From: a virus
Lineage: Duplodnaviria; Caudoviricetes
IMG/VR virus record: IMGVR_UViG_3300017761_007566
Span: 1-25,896 of that record
DNA: 25,896 nt
Reading direction: 5' to 3' (one strand)
Position numbers and translations under genes: made by a program. The notes beneath the pieces are model-generated. The model did no database searches and was not told where the DNA came from. It worked only from the letters and a program-made list of their open reading frames with translations. Positions 8,644-17,232 of the stretch are shown piece after piece. Numbering within the stretch: the first letter of the stretch is position 1; each line of letters opens with the position of its first letter.

Positions 8644-9612
8644 ATGATTGATGTGCATAGCTTTCTTGCGAGCAACTTGGCCAAGCTAAATTATAACAAA
8701 TACAATCAAACATACACAGCCTGCTGTCCGATATGCCGAGAAGGTGATTCTTGGTTAAAAAAGAAACGATTCTATTTTTACACAAAAACCAACAGCTGTT
8801 ATTGTTTCAATTGCGGATATAGTGCAAAATTATTCAAATTGTATTATGATGTCACGGGCAAACCCGCAACCGAATCCAATTTTTTAACACAAATGCCTGA
8901 AGAAACTTCGGTAGAAATAGTTTCTGAAATATTGCCCAAAGATAGTGTTAACATTTTCGACACAACTCAAGTCTACAAGAATATAAAAAATCATTATTTC
9001 AAACAATGTCTGGAATATGTGACCAGTCGTCGATTGCATTCTGCAATCAATCGCCCCAAAACATTCTGGTTCAGTAGTGTGGATTTTACTCATAAAAACC
9101 GACTTGTGATTCCTTTTTATGATGTGGATGAAAAGATAGTTTACTATCAAAGTCGCAAGCTTCCTGGAGATGTTTCCGAAGTACCCAACTATTTGAGTAA
9201 AAATGGAGGAGACAGAAGTCTTTTCAACATCAATCAGGTTTCCGAACATCCCTACATATTCATATTTGAAGGTCCCCTAGACGCTTGTTTTTGTAAAAAT
9301 GGGGTGGCTGTTAGTGGCATCAACAAAAGCAGAAACAACCTAACAGACAAACAGGAGGAACAGCTCAACAACTTTCCAATGCACACCAAGATTTGGGTGT
9401 TGGACAATCAGCATCAAGATGAAACAGCTCGAGAAAAAACCAAACAGCTAATCAAAACAGATCAGCAAGTGTTTGTTTGGCCAAGACATCTTCCCTACAA
9501 AGATTTTAATGAGATGTGTGTGGATCGAAAAACCAATCAGATCGAGATGGAGTTTATTCTTGCCAACACATTCAAAGGCATGCTGGCTTTGGGCAAAATG
9601 ATGCGCAAGTGA
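8644..9612 (+). CDS. gp61: T4 gp61-like DNA primase
   Basis: Zn finger CPIC...CFNC; RLVIPF..YQSR; TOPRIM FIFEGPLDA, WVLDN, KDFNE. Confidence 0.9.
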   Translation: MIDVHSFLASNLAKLNYNKYNQTYTACCPICREGDSWLKKKRFYFYTKTNSCYCFNCGYSAKLFKLYYDVTGKPATESNFLTQMPEETSVEIVSEILPKDSVNIFDTTQVYKNIKNHYFKQCLEYVTSRRLHSAINRPKTFWFSSVDFTHKNRLVIPFYDVDEKIVYYQSRKLPGDVSEVPNYLSKNGGDRSLFNINQVSEHPYIFIFEGPLDACFCKNGVAVSGINKSRNNLTDKQEEQLNNFPMHTKIWVLDNQHQDETAREKTKQLIKTDQQVFVWPRHLPYKDFNEMCVDRKTNQIEMEFILANTFKGMLALGKMMRK

Positions 9613-10056
9613 TTATTTTTCGCTCTTGCTGGCGATAAGATAAGCTTTGAGACGCTCACTCAGACCTGAAAGTTCCACACAAACTCGGGCAATCTTTTTG
9701 GTTTCGCTTTTGGCGATCTTTTCAAACAGGGTATCACAAGGAGCCACGTGCAATTGGGTTTGTAGCGAGTTGATATCGGGGCTATTGAGATATTGTAGAA
9801 ACTTGTCGATATTTTTGATCCACGATTGCAACTCAATTGCCTGAGCCGAATTGGTTTGACGAGCCGCCATCTGTTCCCGAGTAACTGCTTTGATGTCGAA
9901 TTCTTGCGGAGTTGTGTCTTTGTCCAGTTCCGAAGCCATGCTGTTGCGATCATCTGATGCTTCTGCAGTTTCAGGAGTTGGCGGGGCAACATCCACACCT
10001 TCCACTTCATCCTGCTCTTTGATCACATTTTTGAAATATTTGGAAAATACTGCCAT
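9613..10056 (-). CDS. Hypothetical protein with an acidic N-terminal region; candidate head/internal protein
   Basis: Clean ORF with a TAAATA box 5 nt upstream; N-terminus MAVFSKYFKNVIKEQ. Confidence 0.6.
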   Translation of the reverse strand: MAVFSKYFKNVIKEQDEVEGVDVAPPTPETAEASDDRNSMASELDKDTTPQEFDIKAVTREQMAARQTNSAQAIELQSWIKNIDKFLQYLNSPDINSLQTQLHVAPCDTLFEKIAKSETKKIARVCVELSGLSERLKAYLIASKSEK

Positions 10057-10061
10057 ATTAA

Positions 10062-10082
10062 TATTTACAATTGGGTTAAATA
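10062..10082. promoter_or_regulatory. Back-to-back divergent TAAATA late promoters
   Basis: Minus-strand box at 10062-10067 (5 nt to ATG 10056); plus-strand box at 10077-10082 (8 nt to ATG 10091). Confidence 0.6.
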
Positions 10083-10090
10083 ATTTATAT

Positions 10091-10450
10091 ATGTTTAATG
10101 AAGATACCGAAATGATTTATAACAGGTGGGTAAGCGGTATAGCCTCCAGAGAACTTAAAGGTCAAACACTTACGGTAGATGATTTGGTTAAAAAGTTCAG
10201 TCCAGAAGGAGCTTCCATGGCACCCAAAACTCTTCCCTATCCTTTGGATCGGATTTTGGAAAGTTTAGCAGATAACTTTGTAAAATTAAGTGATTGCAAG
10301 ATGATTTGCGAAATGAGCAAAAATAACCCCTTGATAGGCAGTAAGAAAGAGAAGTTACAACAGCTGGAACAGGTGATTGGCATGATACAAAAAGCACAAA
10401 AGATACTTGAAGAAACAATTATCCCTCTAAATAAAATTTTAGAGGGATGA
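10091..10450 (+). CDS. Hypothetical helical protein (119 aa)
   Basis: Start moved from 9890 to ATG 10091: the longer frame overlaps the opposite-strand gene, and a TAAATA box precedes 10091. Confidence 0.65.
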   Translation: MFNEDTEMIYNRWVSGIASRELKGQTLTVDDLVKKFSPEGASMAPKTLPYPLDRILESLADNFVKLSDCKMICEMSKNNPLIGSKKEKLQQLEQVIGMIQKAQKILEETIIPLNKILEG

Positions 10451-10451
10451 A

Positions 10452-10874
10452 ATGATTTTTAGAACCATAATATTTTTAAGCCTGCCCCTGAGTAGCATGG
10501 CACTCCTATTTTCTCTAGGAGTATCTTCTTTTTGGGTATATTCGTGGACACTATTGTTGTCGGTGGGATTGCAGTATGCTTTGGATTTCAGTTTTCAGAA
10601 ATTTGCCATCATAAGATACGGCGCACAGATCAGACAAAACAATTTGGATATGGAAAAGGAATACAACAAACGAGGAATTGAGTTGAGCTGTCCTTGTGCA
10701 GAAAAGCATCGTTCTTTTGTTCCTGTGAATTTGGATTCGGCGGCAGACAACACTTATTTTTGTTCCAAATGTGAAAAAAACATATCTGTTTATGTTAAAA
10801 TGGGAACTGCTCTCAATACCGAACCTGTGGTTGTGCAATCGTTGGAAGCACTACCTTTAAATTTGAATGAATAG
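10452..10874 (+). CDS. Predicted membrane protein (two N-terminal hydrophobic segments) with a C-terminal CxC...CxxC Zn ribbon
   Basis: Hydrophobic residues ~3-45; LSCPCAEKH...YFCSKCEK; SD-like GAGGGA upstream. Confidence 0.6.
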   Translation: MIFRTIIFLSLPLSSMALLFSLGVSSFWVYSWTLLLSVGLQYALDFSFQKFAIIRYGAQIRQNNLDMEKEYNKRGIELSCPCAEKHRSFVPVNLDSAADNTYFCSKCEKNISVYVKMGTALNTEPVVVQSLEALPLNLNE

Positions 10875-11310
10875 CAACAATCTTCTTTTCCAAATCGCTA
10901 AAAGTGTCAACAGCAGTTCGATTGTTCTGCTTTCTGCATCAAAAAATGAAAATTGGATGGAAGATTTTGATCAGGATTTGAGCGAATTCTTTGTTAAAAA
11001 GGGTCCTGAATATTATAACTTATATAAAATATTTCGTACAAAAAAGAAAAACTTAAATGATAGCGAACGCATCATTTTGGACATTTTTGATGATCTTTTT
11101 CAAGAATATAAGAAATTAAGCATTCAAAAACCCGAGGGAATAGATCGAAAAAGTTTTGTGGTGCATAAAATTTACGAATCGGTCAATGCTGCATTCAGTA
11201 TAATGAGCGAACTCAAAATAAAACTTGACGTTCCTCTACTTTTCTGTATTTTGGCGGCATATGTTCAACAATACCTCCACGATCAAAACCCTCAACGAAA
11301 TCAACAATAA
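10867..11310 (+). CDS. Hypothetical protein
   Basis: 147-aa ORF overlapping its neighbours in an operon-like arrangement. Confidence 0.55.
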   Translation: MNSNNLLFQIAKSVNSSSIVLLSASKNENWMEDFDQDLSEFFVKKGPEYYNLYKIFRTKKKNLNDSERIILDIFDDLFQEYKKLSIQKPEGIDRKSFVVHKIYESVNAAFSIMSELKIKLDVPLLFCILAAYVQQYLHDQNPQRNQQ

Positions 11311-11911
11311 TAAAACTGTAGTCTTGTATATGGATATTCAGAGCAGATCTGCTCGAATTGAAATGACTGGGGACGAATGGCAAGATATTCATGGTATTGT
11401 ATCTCGACAAACCAAACACATTGCCAATGAAAAAACCATAGGATTGCGAATGATATTTCTTGGTCGAAAAGCTTTATTAACGGTTAATAAAAAAGAATAT
11501 AAATGTCTGCAAGAAACAATTTTCACCCACAATCAAAATAAAAATAACAATTCAAAAGAACATGTGTCTATGCAAATGACATTGGGGGGAAGACCTGCTC
11601 GGGTTGATATGAGCAAATCCGAATTGGCGAGGTGGATTTGTCTGGTGGAAGCTGTTGATATTATTGAGCAAAAATGTTCAGAATTTGGTACAAATATGTC
11701 GGATAATTTTTGGATTCAACCAATAGCTATGCAGAAATATATGGATAGTCGATTTGAAACTATGTTGGATGAAGTGAATCATCACGAATTTGGAATTGAT
11801 ACCAAAATAGCTAATATGAACATCTTAAAAAGAAGGCAAGAAAACGAAAGTGCTAACGAATTGCAGGATGAGGAATTTGAAAATCGTTACTCGTCAGTGT
11901 GCACATCATAA
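11261..11911 (+). CDS. Hypothetical protein with three internal ~30-aa repeats
   Basis: The start is uncertain (ATG 11261 preferred over TTG 11225 or ATG 11330). Repeated M-x4-R-x-A-x7-E unit. Confidence 0.6.
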   Translation: MFNNTSTIKTLNEINNNKTVVLYMDIQSRSARIEMTGDEWQDIHGIVSRQTKHIANEKTIGLRMIFLGRKALLTVNKKEYKCLQETIFTHNQNKNNNSKEHVSMQMTLGGRPARVDMSKSELARWICLVEAVDIIEQKCSEFGTNMSDNFWIQPIAMQKYMDSRFETMLDEVNHHEFGIDTKIANMNILKRRQENESANELQDEEFENRYSSVCTS

Positions 11912-12657
11912 GTTCCATATACATTATCGTTGGTTGTTCCGTTGTAATCGAAAACAAATCGTTTGGTTACTTGCTGTGCGCTATTAGCAAGAGTAGCAGG
12001 GCGAGGATTTGATGGCACATCCCCGCTTAAAGTTGCAGACAAAGTGCCATATCCTGTATTATCCATCACTTGCAAATTACCCGCCTCATTTGGAAGATTA
12101 ATCTCTTCCGAATAGTCAAAACGTTTCATTTTCAAAATCCACACATAGTGACCTGCCAAAGCATTTATTTTACTATTATCACTATCCAAACGCTGAGTTA
12201 TTTCAAAAAGCTTACCATCTCGATCTCCAGGGCGATCATTGCCATATTCCACTAGTTTCACCACATCTCCGCTCCGGGGCTCTTCTCCTGCTCCTATAGC
12301 AGTGTAGAAACTGCTGATATGAACCACCGCAGTAAGATAGTCTTGTGCATCAAACCCAAATTTGCTTAAAGTAAGATTATCCTCGTCCAAAGTGATGGCC
12401 ATAATAATATCCTTGGGAGCTGGCCAATGTGATACAGGATCTTCCCCGTAAATGTTATCCGCACTAAGAGTGCTGTAGGGATTTTGCCAATAACTCATTT
12501 TTTGACCAAAAAGATCAATCTGTTCGCGCCAATAGTTTCCCACCACATCCCGTTCACATTCGTTGTTGTTTTTATCAGTAAAACGCAAAGGTCCCGGCGA
12601 GTAGTTGAATGGATATACCGATACACAACCAGTTCCCAGATAACGATCAATGCTCAT
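11887..12657 (-). CDS. gp14: T4 gp14-like neck/head-closure protein
   Basis: EQIDLFGQKMSY, IYGEDP, LSKFGF, PRSGDVV and LFEIT motifs typical of gp14 homologues. Confidence 0.75.
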   Translation of the reverse strand: MSIDRYLGTGCVSVYPFNYSPGPLRFTDKNNNECERDVVGNYWREQIDLFGQKMSYWQNPYSTLSADNIYGEDPVSHWPAPKDIIMAITLDEDNLTLSKFGFDAQDYLTAVVHISSFYTAIGAGEEPRSGDVVKLVEYGNDRPGDRDGKLFEITQRLDSDNSKINALAGHYVWILKMKRFDYSEEINLPNEAGNLQVMDNTGYGTLSATLSGDVPSNPRPATLANSAQQVTKRFVFDYNGTTNDNVYGTYDVHTDE

Positions 12658-13703
12658 TAGCTCTCCAATACATATATATTATTTTGTTTTCTTATACTTA
12701 CGGGGGAACGTCCCAACTTGGTGGGTTTGTCCGTCAAATTTATACCATAAAACGCGGCTATTTCCAAGGCTCGAGGTTCACTTAAAACTCTTCGTCCTTT
12801 GCTTTTTTTCAACACACCCACCTCTTTGAATTTGTCGGTATTTGTGTGCATAGTGGGAACTGTTTGCACATGTTTTCGCAAGCCTGGATCTCTTATAATA
12901 TCTTTGCGATGGCGAGGTTGTTTTTTCTTTTTAGTTTTTCCCATGAAGTCGCTCATGAACATTGCACCCAATCCCGAGTTGCTTGTTTGTTCGGTATAAA
13001 TTTTGTCATAAGATTCAATCTTCAAATCGTTCAATTTGTCCAAATATCCAGAGTTTCTTAGTTTCTTAAAAACAAGATTTTCGATACAAAAATCGAATAT
13101 TACAGTTTTATCATGCATACATTCTTTTCGAGCTTCTGCAAGTTTGCTACGTATTGTGTTTGCACGATTATGAATTTTTCTAAAAATTATCCGACAATCA
13201 CTTGTTTTTAGCAATTTTATTAAAGAATCAATTTCATTTTTTATAGATTTAAATTTCTTCTCTACATTTTGTTCGTCAATTATAGGAGGATTGTATGTGG
13301 GTTTTTGTATCCATTTGTGATTTAACAAACTATATGTGGGTTTGCTGGGATATGCTTTAACAGAAATGTCTTCCACATATATCTCAACTGGGTGATTGCG
13401 AATGAGAATGTCATGGTTGAGATTCCATTTGTATTTTTCATTTTCAAAAAACCTTTTTACTATTTCACTATCCGCCTTTACTTTGCTAAAATCCAATCTC
13501 AAGTGCAAATCCAAATCGCTTTTCTTTGTATAGGTGTAATTGGTTAAAGAACCTGTCAATTCAATATCTTTTAAAGGAGCATTTGTTTTCAAATTTCTAT
13601 AAAAATCCAAAGCCAAATTTACAAGTTTGTCTGCTACTGAAGAATCTAGAATAAAATTATCCCAAAATTTCTTATTTAAGATTTCATGATATTCAAACGC
13701 CAT
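12657..13703 (-). CDS. Pol-beta-superfamily nucleotidyltransferase with a basic C-terminal extension
   Basis: hGS...SDxD motif (LTGSLTNYTYTKKSDLDLHL); third acidic residue in PVEIYVED; ENLVFKKLRNSGYLDKL helix. Confidence 0.75.
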   Translation of the reverse strand: MAFEYHEILNKKFWDNFILDSSVADKLVNLALDFYRNLKTNAPLKDIELTGSLTNYTYTKKSDLDLHLRLDFSKVKADSEIVKRFFENEKYKWNLNHDILIRNHPVEIYVEDISVKAYPSKPTYSLLNHKWIQKPTYNPPIIDEQNVEKKFKSIKNEIDSLIKLLKTSDCRIIFRKIHNRANTIRSKLAEARKECMHDKTVIFDFCIENLVFKKLRNSGYLDKLNDLKIESYDKIYTEQTSNSGLGAMFMSDFMGKTKKKKQPRHRKDIIRDPGLRKHVQTVPTMHTNTDKFKEVGVLKKSKGRRVLSEPRALEIAAFYGINLTDKPTKLGRSPVSIRKQNNIYVLES

Positions 13704-13708
13704 ATATC

Positions 13709-13714
13709 TATTTA
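13709..13714 (-). promoter_or_regulatory. T4-late-like promoter core TAAATA
   Basis: 5-nt spacer to ATG 13703; lies directly downstream of the terminator U-tract. Confidence 0.65.
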
Positions 13715-13717
13715 GTC

Positions 13718-13755
13718 AAAAAAAAACCCCCGTCAGTTAAACGGGGGTTTCTTTT
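13718..13755 (-). terminator. Intrinsic (Rho-independent) terminator, possibly bidirectional
   Basis: AAACCCCCGT-cagttaa-ACGGGGGTTT stem-loop with a 9-nt U-tract on the minus strand and TTTCTTTT on the plus strand. Lies just downstream of the 13768..14361 stop (TGA TAA TAA). Confidence 0.9.
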
Positions 13756-13767
13756 AATTTTTTATTA

Positions 13768-14361
13768 TCAGTTGGCTTGAAACAGGTTTTGATCACCTTT
13801 TCCACCACCCTTGATCACACCACCAACCACGTTGGCTTTTCCTTTGGTGCTGGTGGCTGCTCCACCTTTGACACCACTGCCAACCAAGGCGTGACCCCGT
13901 TCACCTTCGGTTCCAACTTTATCAGTCACTTTGGAATCACCACCCTTGCCAGCTTTGGCAAGACTGGATGCGGTGCTATCAACTTTGTTGCTGCCTGAAG
14001 AAACCTTGCTCAGTTCCAATCCCTTTTTGGCATTGACTAGAGCATGTCCCAAATCTTCTGCTTCCACTTCTTCTGTCGCAAATTCTTCATTATCTTCATT
14101 ATCTTCACTAGAATATTCCATATCTTCGTCAGAAGCTTCCATATCTTCATCCGAACCTGCTTCATCAGGAATAAGATCCAAGCTTTGGAGCTTCTGTAGA
14201 AGTTCAATTGCTTTGGCAAGATGCTCGCGAGGAGTCAGTTCTTGATCAGCCCCAGCAGCCATCGGCGCTAGGTCGGTTGCGGCTTCTGGGTTGGGTGTAA
14301 TGCCCAATTCAACATCATCTTCGGACATTACAGCTTCGTATAGTTTATCAAAGTTATTCAT
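13768..14361 (-). CDS. Low-complexity acidic/Gly-Lys-rich protein; candidate prohead core/internal protein
   Basis: MNNFDKLYEAVMSE N-terminus, SDEDME x2, GHALV x2. Own late box (14368-14373) and strong terminator. Confidence 0.6.
   Translation of the reverse strand: MNNFDKLYEAVMSEDDVELGITPNPEAATDLAPMAAGADQELTPREHLAKAIELLQKLQSLDLIPDEAGSDEDMEASDEDMEYSSEDNEDNEEFATEEVEAEDLGHALVNAKKGLELSKVSSGSNKVDSTASSLAKAGKGGDSKVTDKVGTEGERGHALVGSGVKGGAATSTKGKANVVGGVIKGGGKGDQNLFQAN
14116..14155. repeat. Short in-frame tandem duplication (21-nt period) encoding SDEDME twice
   Basis: ttccatatcttcgtcagaa at 14116-14134 and ttccatatcttcatccgaa at 14137-14155. Confidence 0.7.
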
Positions 14362-14366
14362 ATTAT

Positions 14367-14969
14367 TTATTTACCACTTTCCTTTGTATTTTTTTTAGTT
14401 TTATTAATATAACTAAAAAATTCTTCAATAGTTTCAGTGTGGCCATTAACTGCTGCCACCGTGAGAAGATTTACGAAATTATTCTTTCCCCAGAGAGTCT
14501 TGTATTCACAAAGACGCAAATAGGCTTCATCTTTGTTTTGTTTTACCAATTCTCCGACAATAAGTTCCACATTTTTGCTGTTTATAACAGCCTCATTTGC
14601 ACTACTATATTTGCAAGGCTCGTAGTGATTGTCTTTTTGAAATTTTTTCACTTTGGGATCAATAGGTTCGGCGAGTTGTTTGAGATCGGGACCGCTATCT
14701 TTATGTGCAAAATCTTGTAATTTGGGATCCAAAACAATCTTTTTGTTTGTTACCAGCTCAAAAGGTTCTCCCCCTTTTCCGGGTTTGGTGCCAAATTTGG
14801 CTTTGGGATCTGATAATTTTTTGCTTTTCTTGGCTTCATTAAGCACAGAAGCTTCTTGATCAGCAACTTCCAGAAGCATTTTATGATAAACTGCTCCTAT
14901 ATCCAATAGTGTATTTGCGTTACTTTTAGGCATACCGTACTTCTTCATATATTTACTCTTTTGGTTCAT
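14367..14969 (-). CDS. Lys-rich hypothetical protein; candidate head/internal protein
   Basis: 200-aa ORF with TATAAATA 8 nt upstream. Alternative starts at 14948 and 14933 are possible. Confidence 0.6.
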   Translation of the reverse strand: MNQKSKYMKKYGMPKSNANTLLDIGAVYHKMLLEVADQEASVLNEAKKSKKLSDPKAKFGTKPGKGGEPFELVTNKKIVLDPKLQDFAHKDSGPDLKQLAEPIDPKVKKFQKDNHYEPCKYSSANEAVINSKNVELIVGELVKQNKDEAYLRLCEYKTLWGKNNFVNLLTVAAVNGHTETIEEFFSYINKTKKNTKESGK

Positions 14970-14973
14970 ACAT

Positions 14974-14985
14974 TAAGTATTTATA
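14974..14985. promoter_or_regulatory. Overlapping divergent late promoter elements
   Basis: Perfect TATAAATA on the minus strand at 14978-14985. Variant TAAGTA on the plus strand at 14974-14979, 10 nt before the terminase ATG. Confidence 0.55.
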
Positions 14986-14989
14986 TCTT

Positions 14990-16654
14990 ATGAAAGCAAA
15001 TGATAGATATTTGGGAAATAAAAATTTGCCCACTCCTCAAGCAGAGTTTGAATATACACCTGCAATGATAAAAGAGATGGGCAAGTGTAAAAATAATATT
15101 TTACATTTTGCGGAAAATTATTTCTTCATTGTTAATTTGGATGTGGGACGCATACAAATCAAACTGCATCTTTATCAAAAGAGAATTCTAAGAAGTTTGC
15201 GAGACAATCGTTTTGTTTGTCTTCTATCCAGTCGTCAAGCAGGCAAAACAACTGTGATGACCATTTATTGTTTGTGGTTGGCTTGTTTTCAAAACGATCA
15301 AAGAATTCTTCTTGTTGCTAATAAAGAGGAAACTGCTAAAGAAATATTTTCCCGAGTTAGACTTGCTTATGAAAATCTTCCCAATTTTCTAAAACCTGGA
15401 GTAACAGAATATGGCAAAACAGCCATGGGATTGGCAAATGGCAGTCGAATCAGCATAAGCACCACCTCTTCTGATGCAGGTCGAGGCAGTTCAGTCAATT
15501 GCCTAATTATTGACGAGTTGGCTCACATCGACAACAGCATGGTGGAAATGTTCTGGTCTGCTGTATATCCCATCATTTCCTCATCAAAACGCAGTAAGAT
15601 TTTTGTTGCCAGCACTCCGAATGGAACAGGCAATTTGTTTTATCAGCTTTATACTGACGGAGAGCAGGGAATTAACAATTGGAAAACTGAACGAGTGGAT
15701 TGGTGGGAAGTGCCCGGGCGAGATGACAAGTGGAAAGAAAATACAATAAAAAGTTTGGGCAACCGAGAACTTTTTGATCAGGAATTTGGAAATGAGTTCC
15801 TACAGGAGGGAGAATCTGCGTTGGATGGAGACACTTATGAAAAATACAAGAGTGGATGCAGTGATCCTTTATTTGTGTTTGAAGAGGGAAAATATAAAAT
15901 ATGGGAACAGCCTCATAAAAATGGAGTATATGTGGCAGGAGTAGATGTGGCAGAAGGTGTGGGTCAAGCTAGTAGCGTGGTGCAGATATTCGATTTGGCC
16001 GATCTTTCCAGCATACGGCAAGTGGCGGTTTTTCGAGACAATTCAATTACTCCTTATAACTTTACCACCAAATTATTGGAAATACTCAACCAATGGGGCA
16101 ATCCTCCTTTGCTAATCGAACGCAACAATTGCGGAGCACAAGTGGCAGATACTCTTTTTGAAAATTACAACTATGATCCTATGATCAGTTACGCTCAAGG
16201 CAAATCTATGGAAAAGCCTGGAATTTTCACAAACACAAACACCAAATATCAAGCAGTAATCAATATGCGCTATTGGATCAATGAAATGCGATCCATCGTC
16301 TTTCGAGATTTGACAACTCTAAATGAGTTGAAAACATTTGTGCGATATCCTAATGGAACATGGGCGGGACGAAAAGGAAATAATATATTTGACGATTGTG
16401 TGATGAGTATGGCCATGGCACTTTTGATACTATCCGATTCCATTGTGGAAAAGTATTACGAAGTTACTGGAAGGGACAGCAACAATCGTCCCAGTAGCAT
16501 CATTCCTTTTAAGAAAAACGAAGGAGGGGGTTTCAGGTTTTCTGGAAAAGATGAAAACTTACCCAATATGCCCATCCTATTTTCAACAAAAGACATGGAT
16601 GAAAAGGACGCAGAAATGGATTATTATACCCAAGAAGGATGGAAACTTCTTTAA
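14990..16654 (+). CDS. gp17: Large terminase subunit (T4 gp17-like)
   Basis: YLGNKNLP N-terminus, Walker A SRQAGKTT, Walker B LIIDELAH, coupling motif STPNG, nuclease GVDVAEG and DDCVMS. Confidence 0.95.
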   Translation: MKANDRYLGNKNLPTPQAEFEYTPAMIKEMGKCKNNILHFAENYFFIVNLDVGRIQIKLHLYQKRILRSLRDNRFVCLLSSRQAGKTTVMTIYCLWLACFQNDQRILLVANKEETAKEIFSRVRLAYENLPNFLKPGVTEYGKTAMGLANGSRISISTTSSDAGRGSSVNCLIIDELAHIDNSMVEMFWSAVYPIISSSKRSKIFVASTPNGTGNLFYQLYTDGEQGINNWKTERVDWWEVPGRDDKWKENTIKSLGNRELFDQEFGNEFLQEGESALDGDTYEKYKSGCSDPLFVFEEGKYKIWEQPHKNGVYVAGVDVAEGVGQASSVVQIFDLADLSSIRQVAVFRDNSITPYNFTTKLLEILNQWGNPPLLIERNNCGAQVADTLFENYNYDPMISYAQGKSMEKPGIFTNTNTKYQAVINMRYWINEMRSIVFRDLTTLNELKTFVRYPNGTWAGRKGNNIFDDCVMSMAMALLILSDSIVEKYYEVTGRDSNNRPSSIIPFKKNEGGGFRFSGKDENLPNMPILFSTKDMDEKDAEMDYYTQEGWKLL

Positions 16655-16657
16655 ATA
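16652..16657 (+). promoter_or_regulatory. T4-late-like promoter core TAAATA
   Basis: Overlaps the terminase TAA stop; 5-nt spacer to ATG 16663. Confidence 0.65.
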
Positions 16658-16662
16658 CTAAT

Positions 16663-17232
16663 ATGTCTCTTTTATACAATCAGGCGATGCTCAACAAAAC
16701 ACGTCGTGATAAATTCATCATGGTTGTTACTCCTCCTGAAATTCTCCGACCTATTGTAAATCAATACGAACGTAACAATTCTAACGTAAATTTGGACTCT
16801 TTTCAGTTTTCAGTATATGGTGTGGTAGTTCCCACCATCAGCATTCCCGAGGTGGAAACCAAATATGCAGGACAAGTTTTGAAAGTGTCTAGTCACGCTC
16901 GACCTTCCTATGGAAATGTATCAGTTAATTTTACAGTGGACAATTTGTTCAATAATTACTGGTTTGTATATTCTTGGCTTAAAATTCTAAATGATGATAA
17001 AATAAGCATACCCAATGCCAAACAGGACAATATGGATCCCAAATTAAACGAATATGGAACAACCATAACCGTCTATGGCTTAGATGAATACAATAATAAT
17101 AAAATAAAATTCGAATATACTGGAGCGATACCTGTTGAATTGGGGGGTATCAACTACAATTATAGAGATAGTAGTGAAGCAGAAAGCACATTCACTTTCA
17201 GTTTCTTTCAATTTCAAGCAACTCTAGTATAA
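16663..17232 (+). CDS. Tail-tube-fold protein, T4 gp3-like tail tube terminator
   Basis: VVPTISIP...YGNVSVNFTVDNLFNNYWFVYSWL...F....P..LGGINYNY. Start moved to ATG 16663 on the basis of the promoter position. Confidence 0.65.
   Translation: MSLLYNQAMLNKTRRDKFIMVVTPPEILRPIVNQYERNNSNVNLDSFQFSVYGVVVPTISIPEVETKYAGQVLKVSSHARPSYGNVSVNFTVDNLFNNYWFVYSWLKILNDDKISIPNAKQDNMDPKLNEYGTTITVYGLDEYNNNKIKFEYTGAIPVELGGINYNYRDSSEAESTFTFSFFQFQATLV

Noticed and set aside
9890-10090. N-terminal extension of the 186-aa ORF 9890..10450
   Set aside because: It is the antisense shadow of 9613..10056 and runs through the divergent promoters; ATG 10091 fits better.
14362-14375. Programmed frameshift fusing 14367..14969 to 13768..14361
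   Set aside because: A -1 shift just before the stop would join the frames, but there is no canonical slippery heptamer or stimulatory structure. The junction is explained by overlapping TAAATA promoter boxes.
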